Below are positions 35,521 to 46,337 of a DNA stretch of 64,000 nt, piece after piece. Numbering within the stretch: the stretch's first letter is position 1; every line of letters begins with the position of its first letter. A program made the translations under genes and the position numbers. The notes below the pieces were generated by a model. It was not told the DNA's origin, searched no databases, and saw only the letters and a program-made list of their open reading frames with translations. This DNA comes from Anthoceros angustus (lineage: Eukaryota; Plantae; Anthocerotophyta). The stretch lies in the NCBI GenBank assembly GCA_010909165.1, contig MU008149.1, forward strand, positions 62,001 to 126,000, given 5' to 3'.

Positions 35521-38500
35521 CATGTATGGAGCCAAAGAACCCAGCGCATAGCAAAATCATAGTAAGGACAAACTAGTAAATCGATAAGAAGGGTGAGCCA
35601 TGGCAAGAAGCCGATGGGCATGGGGACAAGCCGCACATCGCCCGCTAGAGAAGGTAGGTTCGCGACAGGATACACAAAAATAATAGGCTGGGTGAAATGT
35701 GGGATGTATGTATCCGGGTTTTCGAATGATGAATACAAAGTATAGTATCCTGGACGTGTACAATTTATGTACGTTATCAGTGTGACGTATAATTGTGTTT
35801 TATACAAAATGAAATATAACCGTATGTCACATGAAATTATCGTATGTGGCATATCACCAATACCAGTATTCTACAAAACATGTATGCGTACATGTATTTA
35901 TTTATATGTATTCATACGAGGTAATAAGGGAAACCAAGTATTCCATATGGTAAATGTAGTAAAGGAGGAAGGTAGATGGGGAGGAGGTTCGGTACCAAGC
36001 CTCCAAAAGTGTTACAAGACTTTTCTTGTAACACTTTATATGTTGCAACCTGTTGCAATCTTGAGAGAGGACAAAAGCGCCTCTCACTTCATCTCAACAA
36101 AATTGCAACACACTTGCAACATGGTTGCAACAAACACTCGGTTTGGTTTCCAAGCCAAAGTGTAACAAGCGGCCCAAAAAGTGTTACATGACCCCAAAAT
36201 TGCAACATAAGTGTTACATCCAGGGGTCCAAATCTTAACATAAAGTGTAACATAGGCTGCCTTTTCTAGTAGGGAAGGTATAGGTCCGCCCTGATTGAAC
36301 GACCTATAAGAAGAGTATACTCCCGCTCCCTCCAGGCCATATAGCCACTTTCGCGAGCAATGGCAAACATGACATCAGGGATGGCGTCGTGAGTGGCAAT
36401 GCGATGACCCCGTGGACAGCGAGCAAGGTGGACACGAGGCGTCAAGAGTGCACTCACAAGTGAGGAGGCGAAGAAGCCACTGCAGTGGAGTAGGTGAGAC
36501 GGAATCGCATCGCGATGGTGAAGGTGGTTGGTGCGATGTGAAATCCCCGTATGCATGGGCGGGCCAGTAGCCAAGCACCTGCTCCCTTCCCAGAACAAGA
36601 GCGGAGCCGCGCTCTAGTGGACCTAGAGATGCCTGCAATCCCCTAAAGCCATCAGTGATAAATGTAGAGAAAGGAGGGAAGTCCTTCCAAGCATCTGCTG
36701 ATAACATATCTCTGGCCTGTCTCAAGGACGATTGGAGAGAGAAGGTTCCCTCCTCCACACTTGATACGAGATCCTCGAGAAAGGGCTTGTCATGGAGGAT
36801 GAAACGGGAAGCCAAGGCGAGGCGAGAGAGGGCCCAACTCCCCAAGAAGCCATAGGGAAGAGACCTCCGATGGCGATCCTCGCCTCCAAATTGCTGACGG
36901 GGATATGCCTTTGAAGATGCTGAGGGACACTCAAAAGCCCCAGGCCAGGATGTCCCCAAGAGTATCCATAATCTTCGTATCAAACCCGGGCGGGACAAAG
37001 GGCCGGGAGGCGGAGGCGGAGGCGGAGGCGAAAGCAGAGAAGGAAAGGATTCCAAAGGCCACCCGAGCATCCTCCGGCAAAGGAGGTCCCCAATATGGGA
37101 GAGGTCCTCTACAAGGGCCTTGTCCAGAAGCCCCAATGAAGTCGGGGAACCAAGGGACCCCAAGAATCCATGAGACCAAGGCGGAGGCAATCTCCCTACG
37201 GTAGGCTGAGTGGGGATCACGGGGACTGGGCGGCGACACTTGGACATCTTGACCTTCAAGCCCACCAACAAAAGCTCGGAGAATATCTCAAAGGCCTCCT
37301 TGACTTTGTCCCAGGGCAGGGGATGTGGGATAATGCCTATCGAAGGGAAGACTGTTCAGCATGGAGGCGGCCTAGATAGGGCCCTATGGTGAGCAATAGC
37401 GAAGAGACTAGCCAGCGGAGCCTTACCGGTACTGTGGGTTCAAGGCGGAGGCGAAACTGAGAAGAGACGTTCTTGTCTTGGTAGTAGAGGTTGGAGGACC
37501 TCCATAGAAACCTGGGACAAAGGGTATAAGACTCCCAGGGCCTTGACATCCCTAAGCTCCTCAAGATGGCCGCTCAAGGAAATTGAAGGCGTTCTCGACA
37601 TCCACACAGCAAGACTACCCAATCCGGGTGGGTATCAAGGCAAGCTTTCACCCCTAGCACCTGGGACTCGCGGTCCGGGTGGCAATGCCAAATTGAAGGG
37701 GTTGAAGTCTTCTTTGGAGAAGGAAGCCTTTGAGGCGATAGTCGGTGAGTGGCGCTAACTCATCCAGGGATCGGCGCAGGCGATCTAGGGGAAGGCGAAA
37801 TGCCGACGGGCATCATCGTGAAGGTCTTGGGGAAGCCTGCGGAAGATCTTGGCGGACATGGAAAGCGGGTTTCGAACATCCCAAGGATGTGATCCAGCTG
37901 ACTCCGCAACCATTCCCAGGAAGAAAGAGGCACCACAAGGAGAAAGCTATTGTGCGCCGGAGCCGGGACAGCGGACGTGGAGGAGGAGCTTATTCATTTT
38001 AGCCACCAGCATAACTTCTAGTCCTTGTCTTACCCAAGCACTCCAATGCAACTTCTATCCCTTGCCCCTAACCAAGTACTCCTATTTGCATTCCATAATA
38101 TTATGTTAGACTATATAATATCACATTTTATGCCATAATATTATGTTATATTTTATAATTTTTAGTATTAATTACATATGATATTAAGGTATAAATTACT
38201 TTATCAATCGGGCCATCAATGCCGAACGTTAAATTCAATATTCGAGTAGATCGAGATCAAACCCTAAACTTCCTAGTTCTAAGAAATATGCCTTGACCAA
38301 TCCACTATATTCTATTTTAGTTGGAGCATTAAGATCTCGGGATTTATTTGTAAGAAATACCTAGATGTATTATTATTTGCCTATGTCTAGGTTCTGGGTG
38401 CCGGCCTCACTCTCCGTTCGGAGGACAGATTTTCCCTCCTTCCCTGCAGCCCGCACGACGGTGGGCACTCCCGGTAATCAGAACTAGTTCTCGTGGGCGC

Positions 38501-38612
38501 AAACACGAGAAGAGCGGCGATGGCGAGGGCCATGGTTGGCGGGAGCGAAGCGGCAAACTGCCTCGCTTCCCTCCCGCTCACTCTTAAGGCAGACGGGGCA
38601 AGACAAACCATA

Positions 38613-40355
38613 TAATACCAGGCGCCACCCAAGAAAGCCACTTGCAGCTTGCCAGCAATATTAGCATGTATAAGCTCAAGTACCTCAGTGGCCCTAGTAG
38701 CATCTTTGTTCTTGAATGGTAATTCCTTCTACTTGGACAGAATGCAGGATTTGCAAGCAGGAAGGTCCTTAAATTGTGCTGGAAGTTTCTCTTTATAATA
38801 GTCTAGGGAAGACATCATGCTGAGCTTTGCCTTGTTAATATGTCCAAGGCGTGCATGCCAAAGTTCAGCAACTGATTTTGCAGATGTAGCTAATGTAACT
38901 TGCTGATTATTGGACAGCACTTGTAGTTGGTACAGCTCATTGACAAGCACTCCCCTTGCTATGCACAGATCAAGGCTGGACATCCTATACGAGCAGCAAC
39001 TGTCTGACTCAAATCTGAATCCAAACAAGGCTGATTGTGTAAGGGCTCTAATAGAGAGCAAGTTCTTAGACATTCCAGGAACATAAAGGACATCCAGCAA
39101 CTGTAACTGAGCCCCATCAGCAAGAGGTATGTTCACTGTTCCACTCCCCTTGACTCCAACTCCACGAGAATCCCCCACATAAACCTCTTGTTTCTCCCTT
39201 TGATTTTTGAAGGTTGTGAACAAGTGCCTATTGTTACAGGCATGGGCTGTTGCCCTAGAGTCTATGAACCAGAGTGGTGAGATCTCCCTAAATGAAGTAA
39301 AGCAGACTATGAGAACAGAAGAACCACTCTTGTATACGGGTTGAGAAGAGGATGATCCCTTAGAGGCGACGTTCGCAATAGGTTTGGAATCCTTCCTTGG
39401 TTCTCCAACCTTCTTCTTGCGACAATCCCACTCCCAGTGACCAGGGATCTGACACCAATTGAAGGTACCATCGCGTTTGGTAGCATCTAGAGCAGCCGAA
39501 GATGGATTTCTCTTCTTCTTCCCCTCCTCTTTCCCCTGCCCAAATGTTTTTCCCTTTGTTGCAAGCAGAACTTTATCAGTACGCACCCTTGCGGTGCCAC
39601 CAGATCTTGTTCGACTTTGCTCCTCTTGATGGAGAGCTCCAATGAGCTCTTTGAGGTTAAAGGTTGGTGTTTTCCCAGACTTCACTGCTGAAACAAATAC
39701 TCGTAACGAAGAATTTTGACTTGAAATGAATTGCTGATAGGAGTAAGGTGAGCAACGACGTCAATTTCATCCAGCTTGCTACCAAGCATAGTAATTCTTG
39801 CCTTCAAACAGCAAACTTGCTTATATGTGCTCCAATGTTGTCCCCTTCTCTCATTCTCAGCCCATAGTATTCATTTCGAGCGACAACCAATGTTAGTATA
39901 TTCTGAACTTGATATGTGTCCTTCAACTGTGTCCAAATGTCCGTCGCTGTAGGGAGGAATTCCACCTCCGTCACGGTGGCTTCATCTAGTCCGAACAGCA
40001 AGATGGTGAAGGCAATTTTATTGCCTTTATTGAATTTGGCAATCTCATTAGGTAAGGCTCCTGGGCCTGGTTTAGAAATTGAGCCATCCAAAAATTCCCA
40101 GACGTCCCTAGCATCTAGAAAAGCTTTCATTCTTGCTCTCCAACTCTCATACCTAGCTGATTTACCATCAAACCTGTCTTTTTCCTTGAATTCTCCACCA
40201 TTGCTGCCACCAGCAGATGTAGCCATGCTGACCTGTACTTGTGGAACAGGAGGAGTGTAAGAAGGAAATTGCATGGCTAGGGAAGACAGAAAATCAGCCT
40301 CAGTATCCTCGTCCTCGTCAATATCAGTATTTTGTCTCCACCAGAAGGCAGACAT
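38613..40355 (-). pseudogene. Copia 2 gag-protease-pre-integrase region
   Basis: gag EKDRFDGKSARYESWRARMKAFL; knuckle FNWCQIPGHWEWDC; protease WFIDSRATAH; LWHARLGH...CKSCILSK; ELIHANIAG. Confidence 0.92.
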
Positions 40356-40709
40356 GAGATTGATGCCAAACTAAGAGGTAACCTAAGAAGGGTATGAAGG
40401 ACTGCTAGGAGAGGAACTGAAGGCTAGTTGGATGCGAAGGGGCACTAACAAGTGAGCTATGAAAAGGTACTAACTAACACCGTTTCATATTTTATTTTTA
40501 GGGTTTCCAGGAAAAGAGAACTTGAAGGTTGTGAGAAAGGCCAACTGGCAAAGGCTATTAGGGCACCTTTCCAGGTGGCTCTCCTCATCAACCGCCACAA
40601 GATCCCGTGATGCCTCTGGGTAGCCAGCAGCAAGTGACTGCAGAATCAGGTAAAATTATGCATCCAAACGCTGAAATTCTGGCTGGAGGCTCTACTATCC
40701 TAGTAGAAA

Positions 40710-41252
40710 TCACAGCACTACACCCTTGAGCGCCTTACTTTGTCTTAGTTTGAGGGTGGGGCAATAGAGTGCAGCATTTGGGTCTCTTGCAGAGAAAACA
40801 GAAGATCCTGAAATGTTCAGTTGTTCTAGGGAGACAGCCAATTCATCAACGGTGGCCTTGATTCCTTGGAGTCTTCTCAGCACTAGGGTAATTTTTCCAG
40901 CCAATTGCGTGGAGACTGACATTAGCAGATTTTCTGTGGATTGAAGGCGAGAATTTAAGAGCTGTCCAGCACGTGCATGCTTGAAAAACTCCAGATTCAG
41001 GTCTTCTCCTCTCTGCTGATTGTGAACTCTTGAACGATGGATGCAGGGATGCGGACGAGGAGACACACCACGAGAGTCCCTTGACTGAGATTTTTGAACT
41101 GGTGATCTCCTTTTGTGCCTGGAGCTCGGCACTTGCTTTAGTGTCCGATGCCTGAGGAATTTTCTGTCCAATTCTGCTTGAGCTTTGAGATGGTCAGCAG
41201 CATCAGCAACATAAAGCAGATCCTCACTTCGATGCCTTGACCTCCATGTCAT
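40710..41252 (-). CDS. Extra ORF between PBS and gag of Copia 2 (about 180 aa from MTWRSRHRS; basic N-terminus, coiled-coil-like C-terminus)
   Basis: Uninterrupted frame 41354-40710. It has an R/K/S-rich N-half and a heptad-like LAGKITLVLRRLQGIKATVDELAVSLEQLNI, in the same position as the 3826-4155 ORF in Copia 1. Confidence 0.6.
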   Translation of the reverse strand: MTWRSRHRSEDLLYVADAADHLKAQAELDRKFLRHRTLKQVPSSRHKRRSPVQKSQSRDSRGVSPRPHPCIHRSRVHNQQRGEDLNLEFFKHARAGQLLNSRLQSTENLLMSVSTQLAGKITLVLRRLQGIKATVDELAVSLEQLNISGSSVFSARDPNAALYCPTLKLRQSKALKGVVL

Positions 41253-41411
41253 TGTTGTTCTGCTTGTCACATTTCGATTAGAGCAAGCAAAAATATTGTA
41301 GTGGTAGAGACCATGAGGTCCTAGGATCCATTTAATTCTGGAGTGTAGATACAATCATATTGATCTAGCACAAGACACATAAATTAGGCACCTAAGTGCT
41401 TTGATACCATA

Positions 41412-41570
41412 TCACTTTTATAAGCGGAAGCATACAAATGATTGTAAATTCAACTAAATAAAATAAACAAAAAATTGTCTTATAAATGTTCATGGTGACA
41501 GTTCACCGATAACCCTTAGTTAATAAATAAATAATAACTGGTAGGTTAAACTACACTCTAATCTTTAACA
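41412..41570 (-). repeat. 5' LTR of Copia 2
   Basis: Direct repeat of 6965-7123, with the PBS 2 nt downstream on the minus strand. Confidence 0.93.
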
Positions 41571-42599
41571 AAATTGTCATTGGGTTTGGTGTCTGATTTC
41601 CGACATTGGCCACGAATTCTTCTAGGTTTTTGGGACTGTCGGATTCAAAATGTTGGGCTTGGGGTTTCCCCGTCGTCCTTCGGTTAAAGTCAAATACATT
41701 TTCCCTTGGTCATGAACTTCGTCAAGGCTTCCTATTGACCACTCAAGTTAATATCCAGTTTATGGGGACTTGTCATTTTTGAGACTTGGCTTCCAGACCA
41801 TGTATTATAGCACGCCGACCCTTGAACTTGAGTGTTCAAGACACGTGGTGGCCTCCCATTTGCCCCAGTTGGCAATGAAAAGGATGCACTGCCTCCAAGG
41901 CACTCCATTAGTTAATTTGGCTTTACCTCCAAGAACATTGCATATACTGCTTGCGCTCTGATCTACAGTCAGGAGATCGTGCCCAATCTTGCTTGCTTCG
42001 CGATTGAGGTATGCGCGCGTTGCTTTCGCCTGAACGTTGGTAGCTAATTTGTATTGTTGTAGATGTCGCGCATCTTGGGCAAAGTTGCTGGCTTTGGTTT
42101 CCTGGTTATGTGCTTTGTTTTTTATGCTGCAATTCTCGTCCTTGATCATGCATATACACGGTTTTTGTTGTAGGCTTCTAGCTCTGGTTGTGGAAAATGG
42201 GAAGCGGCTAAGATATGGCTTTGAGCACTGGTCATGGGACCCCGATTTTCGAGGACGACTAGAAAGAGCTCACTATCCTTATCGACAAGCTCGGCTCCCT
42301 TTCTCACAAGTATTTGTGGCATTTGATGCGACTAGTGCACAAGCACATTGACAAGCTAGAGCGTGTGCATGCAAAGGTGCAGAGGTTTGCCAATTGGACG
42401 GATGTTTCAGAAGGGGAGGTCGGTGCCTGGAAGCCCGAGGATTTCCACGGCTACAATTTTCTTGTGGTGGAATTGAAGAAGGTGGTGGACATTGAGCAGA
42501 CTGGAATTCAGCGTGAGGTGGCGGAACTGGGAGAGGTGCACGCCGCAGGTGGGGACCTGGCTGTGTCCGCATCCGCTTGTAGGGTCAGATGTGCCTGGT

Positions 42600-44443
42600 T
42601 ATGTTGTGTTGGTATTGGCCAGCGATGTGGTTTTGGTGACCGACCCATAATTTTGGCCAGAGAATGTCTCTCAATAAAGCGCTCATCTTTCATTCCCCTT
42701 GCTTGTAACCCTCACTCAAACCCTAAACCATATGCACATGAATTGTCCCATACACTTAAGCCCCATGTAAATCACCGTCCCCCTTAGTAAACGGCATGTC
42801 ATTGTAAGGTATGGGTCCAAGCTCGGTTAGATAGACCACATTATGTCGGGACGGATGCAACGCGTAAATATGTCCACATGTGGACATATTTACCTTGCAA
42901 AAACTCTTCTTGCTAAAATAATGATCGAAGTGATTCAAATTTTTTTCCCATAACTAAGAGCAAGGCAACAAGTCCATAGTAAAATGCCCATAGTTAAAGG
43001 ATATGATTTGTGCATTTGGTATTTAATTGTTTGATCGTGGATGGACAAGTGCTTTGGATACAAAAAGTGAGTACAAGACACACAACCCAAGCTCATTTGA
43101 ATTTCAAACCATCTCGTCAAGTGAACACGGAACACTAAAAGTGAGTCTTTGTCGCACTCAAGTTGGAACTGTTCAAATTTCAAAGTTTGGAATAAGCGGG
43201 AATTTCAAAGTTGTACCATGGCGCGAATTTCAAGAGCAACGTCAAGTGAACACGGAACACTGAAAGTGAAGCATGGTCACAAACAAGTGTAAACTTGTTT
43301 GTATTTCAAAGTTTTGTCTAAGCGGGATTTTCAAAAGATGGTAAGTACCCAAGTTGGTGCAGCACATCTCCAATGAGAGCATAACCTGCCATCTTCATGT
43401 CTGCGAGCCCTTTCACCAGCCTGCTTTGCGCTTAAGGCGCTCGATGCTCGTGTGTGAACCATGTGCCTTGTACTGTGAGCTGCGAGAGGGAGGAGAGGCA
43501 GGAAGGGGAGCCCCATCCAGATCAGGCTAGGGAATTGAATGGCTCCAGCAACGCCTCCCTCTCCGGGTGCACTTAGGAGAGCAAAACACACTGCCTGGAA
43601 GCGTCGGTGGAGGGAAAAGCAAATTCGAGTTGCATCTTTGCGTGTGGAAGATGGAGCATCTTTGTGCGTAGAGGATGTTAGGCAAGAGGCAGGAGTAGTT
43701 CTCCGCGTGGGGAGGATTGTCACGGTGATAATCACCCGCCAGATGGTGGGTGTGAGACGAATTCACCAGGATCTGAAGAACCCTTGCAGAGTGAGGAGGG
43801 AACTAGTCTATGAGGGCAAACAACACCTCTTTCATCCACAGAGCGGTCAAGGCGGTTCCGTGCACGGCAAGGGGGGGCGGGATCTCACCCAGGTCAGCCA
43901 TGGGGCCGTTGTGATGCACAATGTGTGCGTATTGCTCGAGAACTTGGCCACGTTTTAAGATGTAGAACTGCCCACTTCAATTCTGATAGCAAGGCTAAGG
44001 TGCTATATGCATACATACATGTATGTCTGTTTTGTAAAAGCCCCCATTGTAGAACCTGACACCGCACTGTAAACCACTCACCATTGTAACTAGACCGTGA
44101 TCCGTTGTAAAAGGAATCATTGTAAACCCTAGCCTAGCGGGTTTACTATGGGCATCGTTATAAATAGAACATACATTGTAGTAAATTCTGTACTAAAAAC
44201 TTGGCGTGTTGTAACCCACAAGAGCCCTTGTAGTAAAGGAGCTTTCCTTATGCCACGTCATCAGAATAACTTGTGGTAAAATACACCCCATAGTAAAACT
44301 CCAGAACTCATGTAGTAACACGAATGGCTATACTAGAAAATAATATATGAACCATGAACCCCTATTATAAAATGAAACGAGCCTGAGATCTCTTCTCTCT
44401 CTACAAAACAACCTCTAGTAAAAGGCATGTTTTCCTAGTAGTA
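42600..44443. mobile_element. Right end of a different CACTA family (left end not found)
   Basis: The terminus reads TACTACTAGGAAAACATGCC on the minus strand (CACTA with C>T). Many TAGTAAA subterminal motifs occur at 42785, 42977 and 44180-44422. The left boundary is approximate. Confidence 0.55.
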
Positions 44444-44768
44444 TTTATTCAACGAGTGTTGGTGCTCACAATTTGCAGCAGTTTGGTCTGCGTGAAATGA
44501 GGATGGAACTTTTGTAGCTAGTGACACGACTTTAACTGCTGTAGTTGAACCATAAGGGGGGGAGGCAGGGATGGGGACGGGCGAGGGGGCGAGGGGGGCT
44601 GATTGCAATTACCTTATCCTGAGTAGTCAGTTTGTATATCTTGGGCTGTAAACATCATAGACTAGTAGTTTCGCATATCTTTTTCTTACTTACTCTAGCG
44701 GGATACGAGGTAGATATTAGACTTGGAGGTGGACCATCTACAGAACATGTTTCTCCAGGATGAACAGT

Positions 44769-46337
44769 CCCTACTAGAAAAGGCAGCCTATGTTACAGTC
44801 GTAGTTGCAATTTTATGTTACACTTCCAAATTGCAACATGCTATGTAGGCTTGGTGTTAAGTTTGACACCATTCCCTTCTCATGCTGTCAAGTGCCATCT
44901 TAACACAAACCTGGCTCTCTCTCATCACCTCACCCTCCTAGTACACCCTCTCTCTCACAAGCATTGTCTGTGATTTCAAACATATACTATGAAATCTTGC
45001 TTATGTTACAGTCCTTTGTTACAATTTCATGTAACACTTTCTATTTGCAACACGCATTAAGTTAGTTGGCTTGGTATTAAGTTTGTGATTTTCTTCTCCA
45101 CCTTCTCTCACCATCTTAACAACATGCAAGTGGTCTCTCGACCTTTCACCTCACCATTAAGAACTTAGCATTAAGTTAGTTGGCTTGGTGTTAAGTTTGT
45201 GATTTTCTTCTCCACCTTCTCTCACCATCTCAACAACCTGCCTTTGGTCTCTCTTTTTACCTCACACTCCTAGTTAATGCTCCAGTATGACACCCATTTT
45301 ATAATTTTTCCCTCTTTGTGTTGCAACATGACTGTGACAATGAGCTCCCCTCTCACACTACTATTTTATTCTTCCCCTCTTTCTTTTCTTACATGACAGT
45401 AACCAGGAACTCTATTTCTCTCCCTGTGGTTGTCATTCTCTTTCCATTTTGCCTCCTTTGCATAGCTATACATTTATAATCTACCTTCCCTCTTCAATGC
45501 ACCCTTGTGTCCACATCTAGTTTTGTTTTTAAGCTCCACATACACAATTGAAAACTCTTGTTTTTACCCAATTATGCATAGTAGGATTCTAGATTATTTA
45601 TATTTCTATCTATATATACGGTTTGCAGGCGCGTAACGGACATGAGGCAGTTGTCTAGGGGGAGAGAGAAGGACGGAGGACTTGGAGCCAAAGAACCCCA
45701 CGCCGGTGCATAGCAAACATGGGTCCGCGTAGCACAAACTCGTAGGCACAAAAGGCACTGAGTGCTCAAGGACAAACTGGTAAACGTATCGTGGACGTGC
45801 ACAAAGTATGCACGTTATCCGTGTGACATATATGCTTATTTTATACAAAATGGAATATGATCGTATATCACAAGAAATTACCGTATAGTATATGTCGCCA
45901 TAAACAATATGCATATTTTACGAAGAATATATTCGTACATGTATTTATGTATATGTGTATTCATACGAGTATTAGTGGGAACTACTAAGTAAACTAGGTA
46001 TTCCATAGGGCAATGGTAGTAAAAGGAGGAAGGTAGATGAGGAGGAGGTTCGGTACCAAGCCTCCAAAAGTGTTACACGACTTTTCTTGTAACACTTTAT
46101 ATATTGCAATCTTGTTGCAATCTTCAGAGAGGACAAAAGCATCTCTCACTTCATCTCAACATAATTGCAACACCATTGCAACATGGTTGCAACAAACACT
46201 CCGGTTTGGTTTCCAAGCCAAAGTGTAACAAGAGGCCCAAAAAGTGTTACATGACCCCAAAATTGCAACTTAAGTGTTACATCCAGCGGTCCAAATCTTA
46301 ACATAAAGTATAACATGGGCTGCCATTTCTAGTAGGG
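44769..46337 (+). mobile_element. Non-autonomous CCCTA-type CACTA deletion derivative (element C, 1569 bp)
   Basis: TIRs CCCTACTAGAAAAGGCAGCC...GGCTGCCATTTCTAGTAGGG with 3-bp TSD AGT. The left about 860 bp is homologous to 11576-12390 and the right about 650 bp to 35530-36274. Confidence 0.93.

Larger units (their letters stand above)
11576..36274 (+). mobile_element. CACTA/En-Spm superfamily DNA transposon with CCCTA termini (element B, 24.7 kb as assembled)
   Basis: TIRs CCCTACTAGAAAAGGCAGCCTAT (11576) and ATAGGCTGCCTTTTCTAGTAGGG (ending 36274), with 3-bp TSD AAG. Subterminal TGTTACA/TTGCAA repeats. Internal Tnp2 and TnpA-like remnants. Confidence 0.93.
11032..37988 (-). mobile_element. 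5'-truncated RLE-type (CRE-like) non-LTR retrotransposon, about 2.25 kb net (37988-36278 plus 11575-11032)
   Basis: 10-bp TSD CTTATTCATT (11022-11031, 37989-37998). Frameshifted RT motifs PLQFGIA, LDTHPDWVVL.VDVENAFN, LASLFAIAHHRAL, GLKVKMSKC and ILGVP. Post-RT motifs HLARCPRGHRIATHDAI, RADLYL|VRGD..VADV and FIPLALETYGA match a restriction-like endonuclease. AATAAA lies near the 3' end. Confidence 0.85.
10272..38612. mobile_element. One-ended CCCTA-type CACTA derivative (element A; about 1.4 kb net: 10272-11031 plus 37999-38612)
   Basis: Left TIR CCCTACTAGAAAGAGCAGCCTAT plus subterminal sequence homologous to 11576+ and 44769+. TAA flanks both sides (10269-10271, 38613-38615), and removal restores Copia INT in frame (GGAWYYLTLTDDF). 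There is no right TIR. Confidence 0.8.
6965..41570 (-). mobile_element. Ty1/Copia LTR retrotransposon 2 (about 6.3 kb net) split by a 28.3-kb nested insertion
   Basis: Two similar 159-bp LTRs (6965-7123, 41412-41570). PBS TGGTATCAAAGC at 41398-41409 (-) and PPT-like TTAAGTGGGAG at 7124-7134 (-). Order on the minus strand: gag (40355-39804), knuckle/PR/GAG-pre-integrase (39685-38729), INT (38720-38613 joined to 10271-10001), RT (about 9560-8680). Flanks GAATT/AAATT resemble a 5-bp TSD with one mismatch. Confidence 0.93.

Noticed and set aside
12690-35560. Hundreds of short overlapping ORFs as separate genes
   Set aside because: These are expected in GC-rich, frameshifted, duplicated transposon sequence. 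Most are shadow frames.
10272-36274. Pairing the 10272 left TIR with the 36274 right TIR
   Set aside because: The flanks TAA and AAG do not match. 11576 pairs with 36274 (AAG/AAG) and restores the LINE frame.
38259-42730. AAACCCTAAA telomere-like motifs at about 38259 and 42718
   Set aside because: They are single isolated copies, not arrays.
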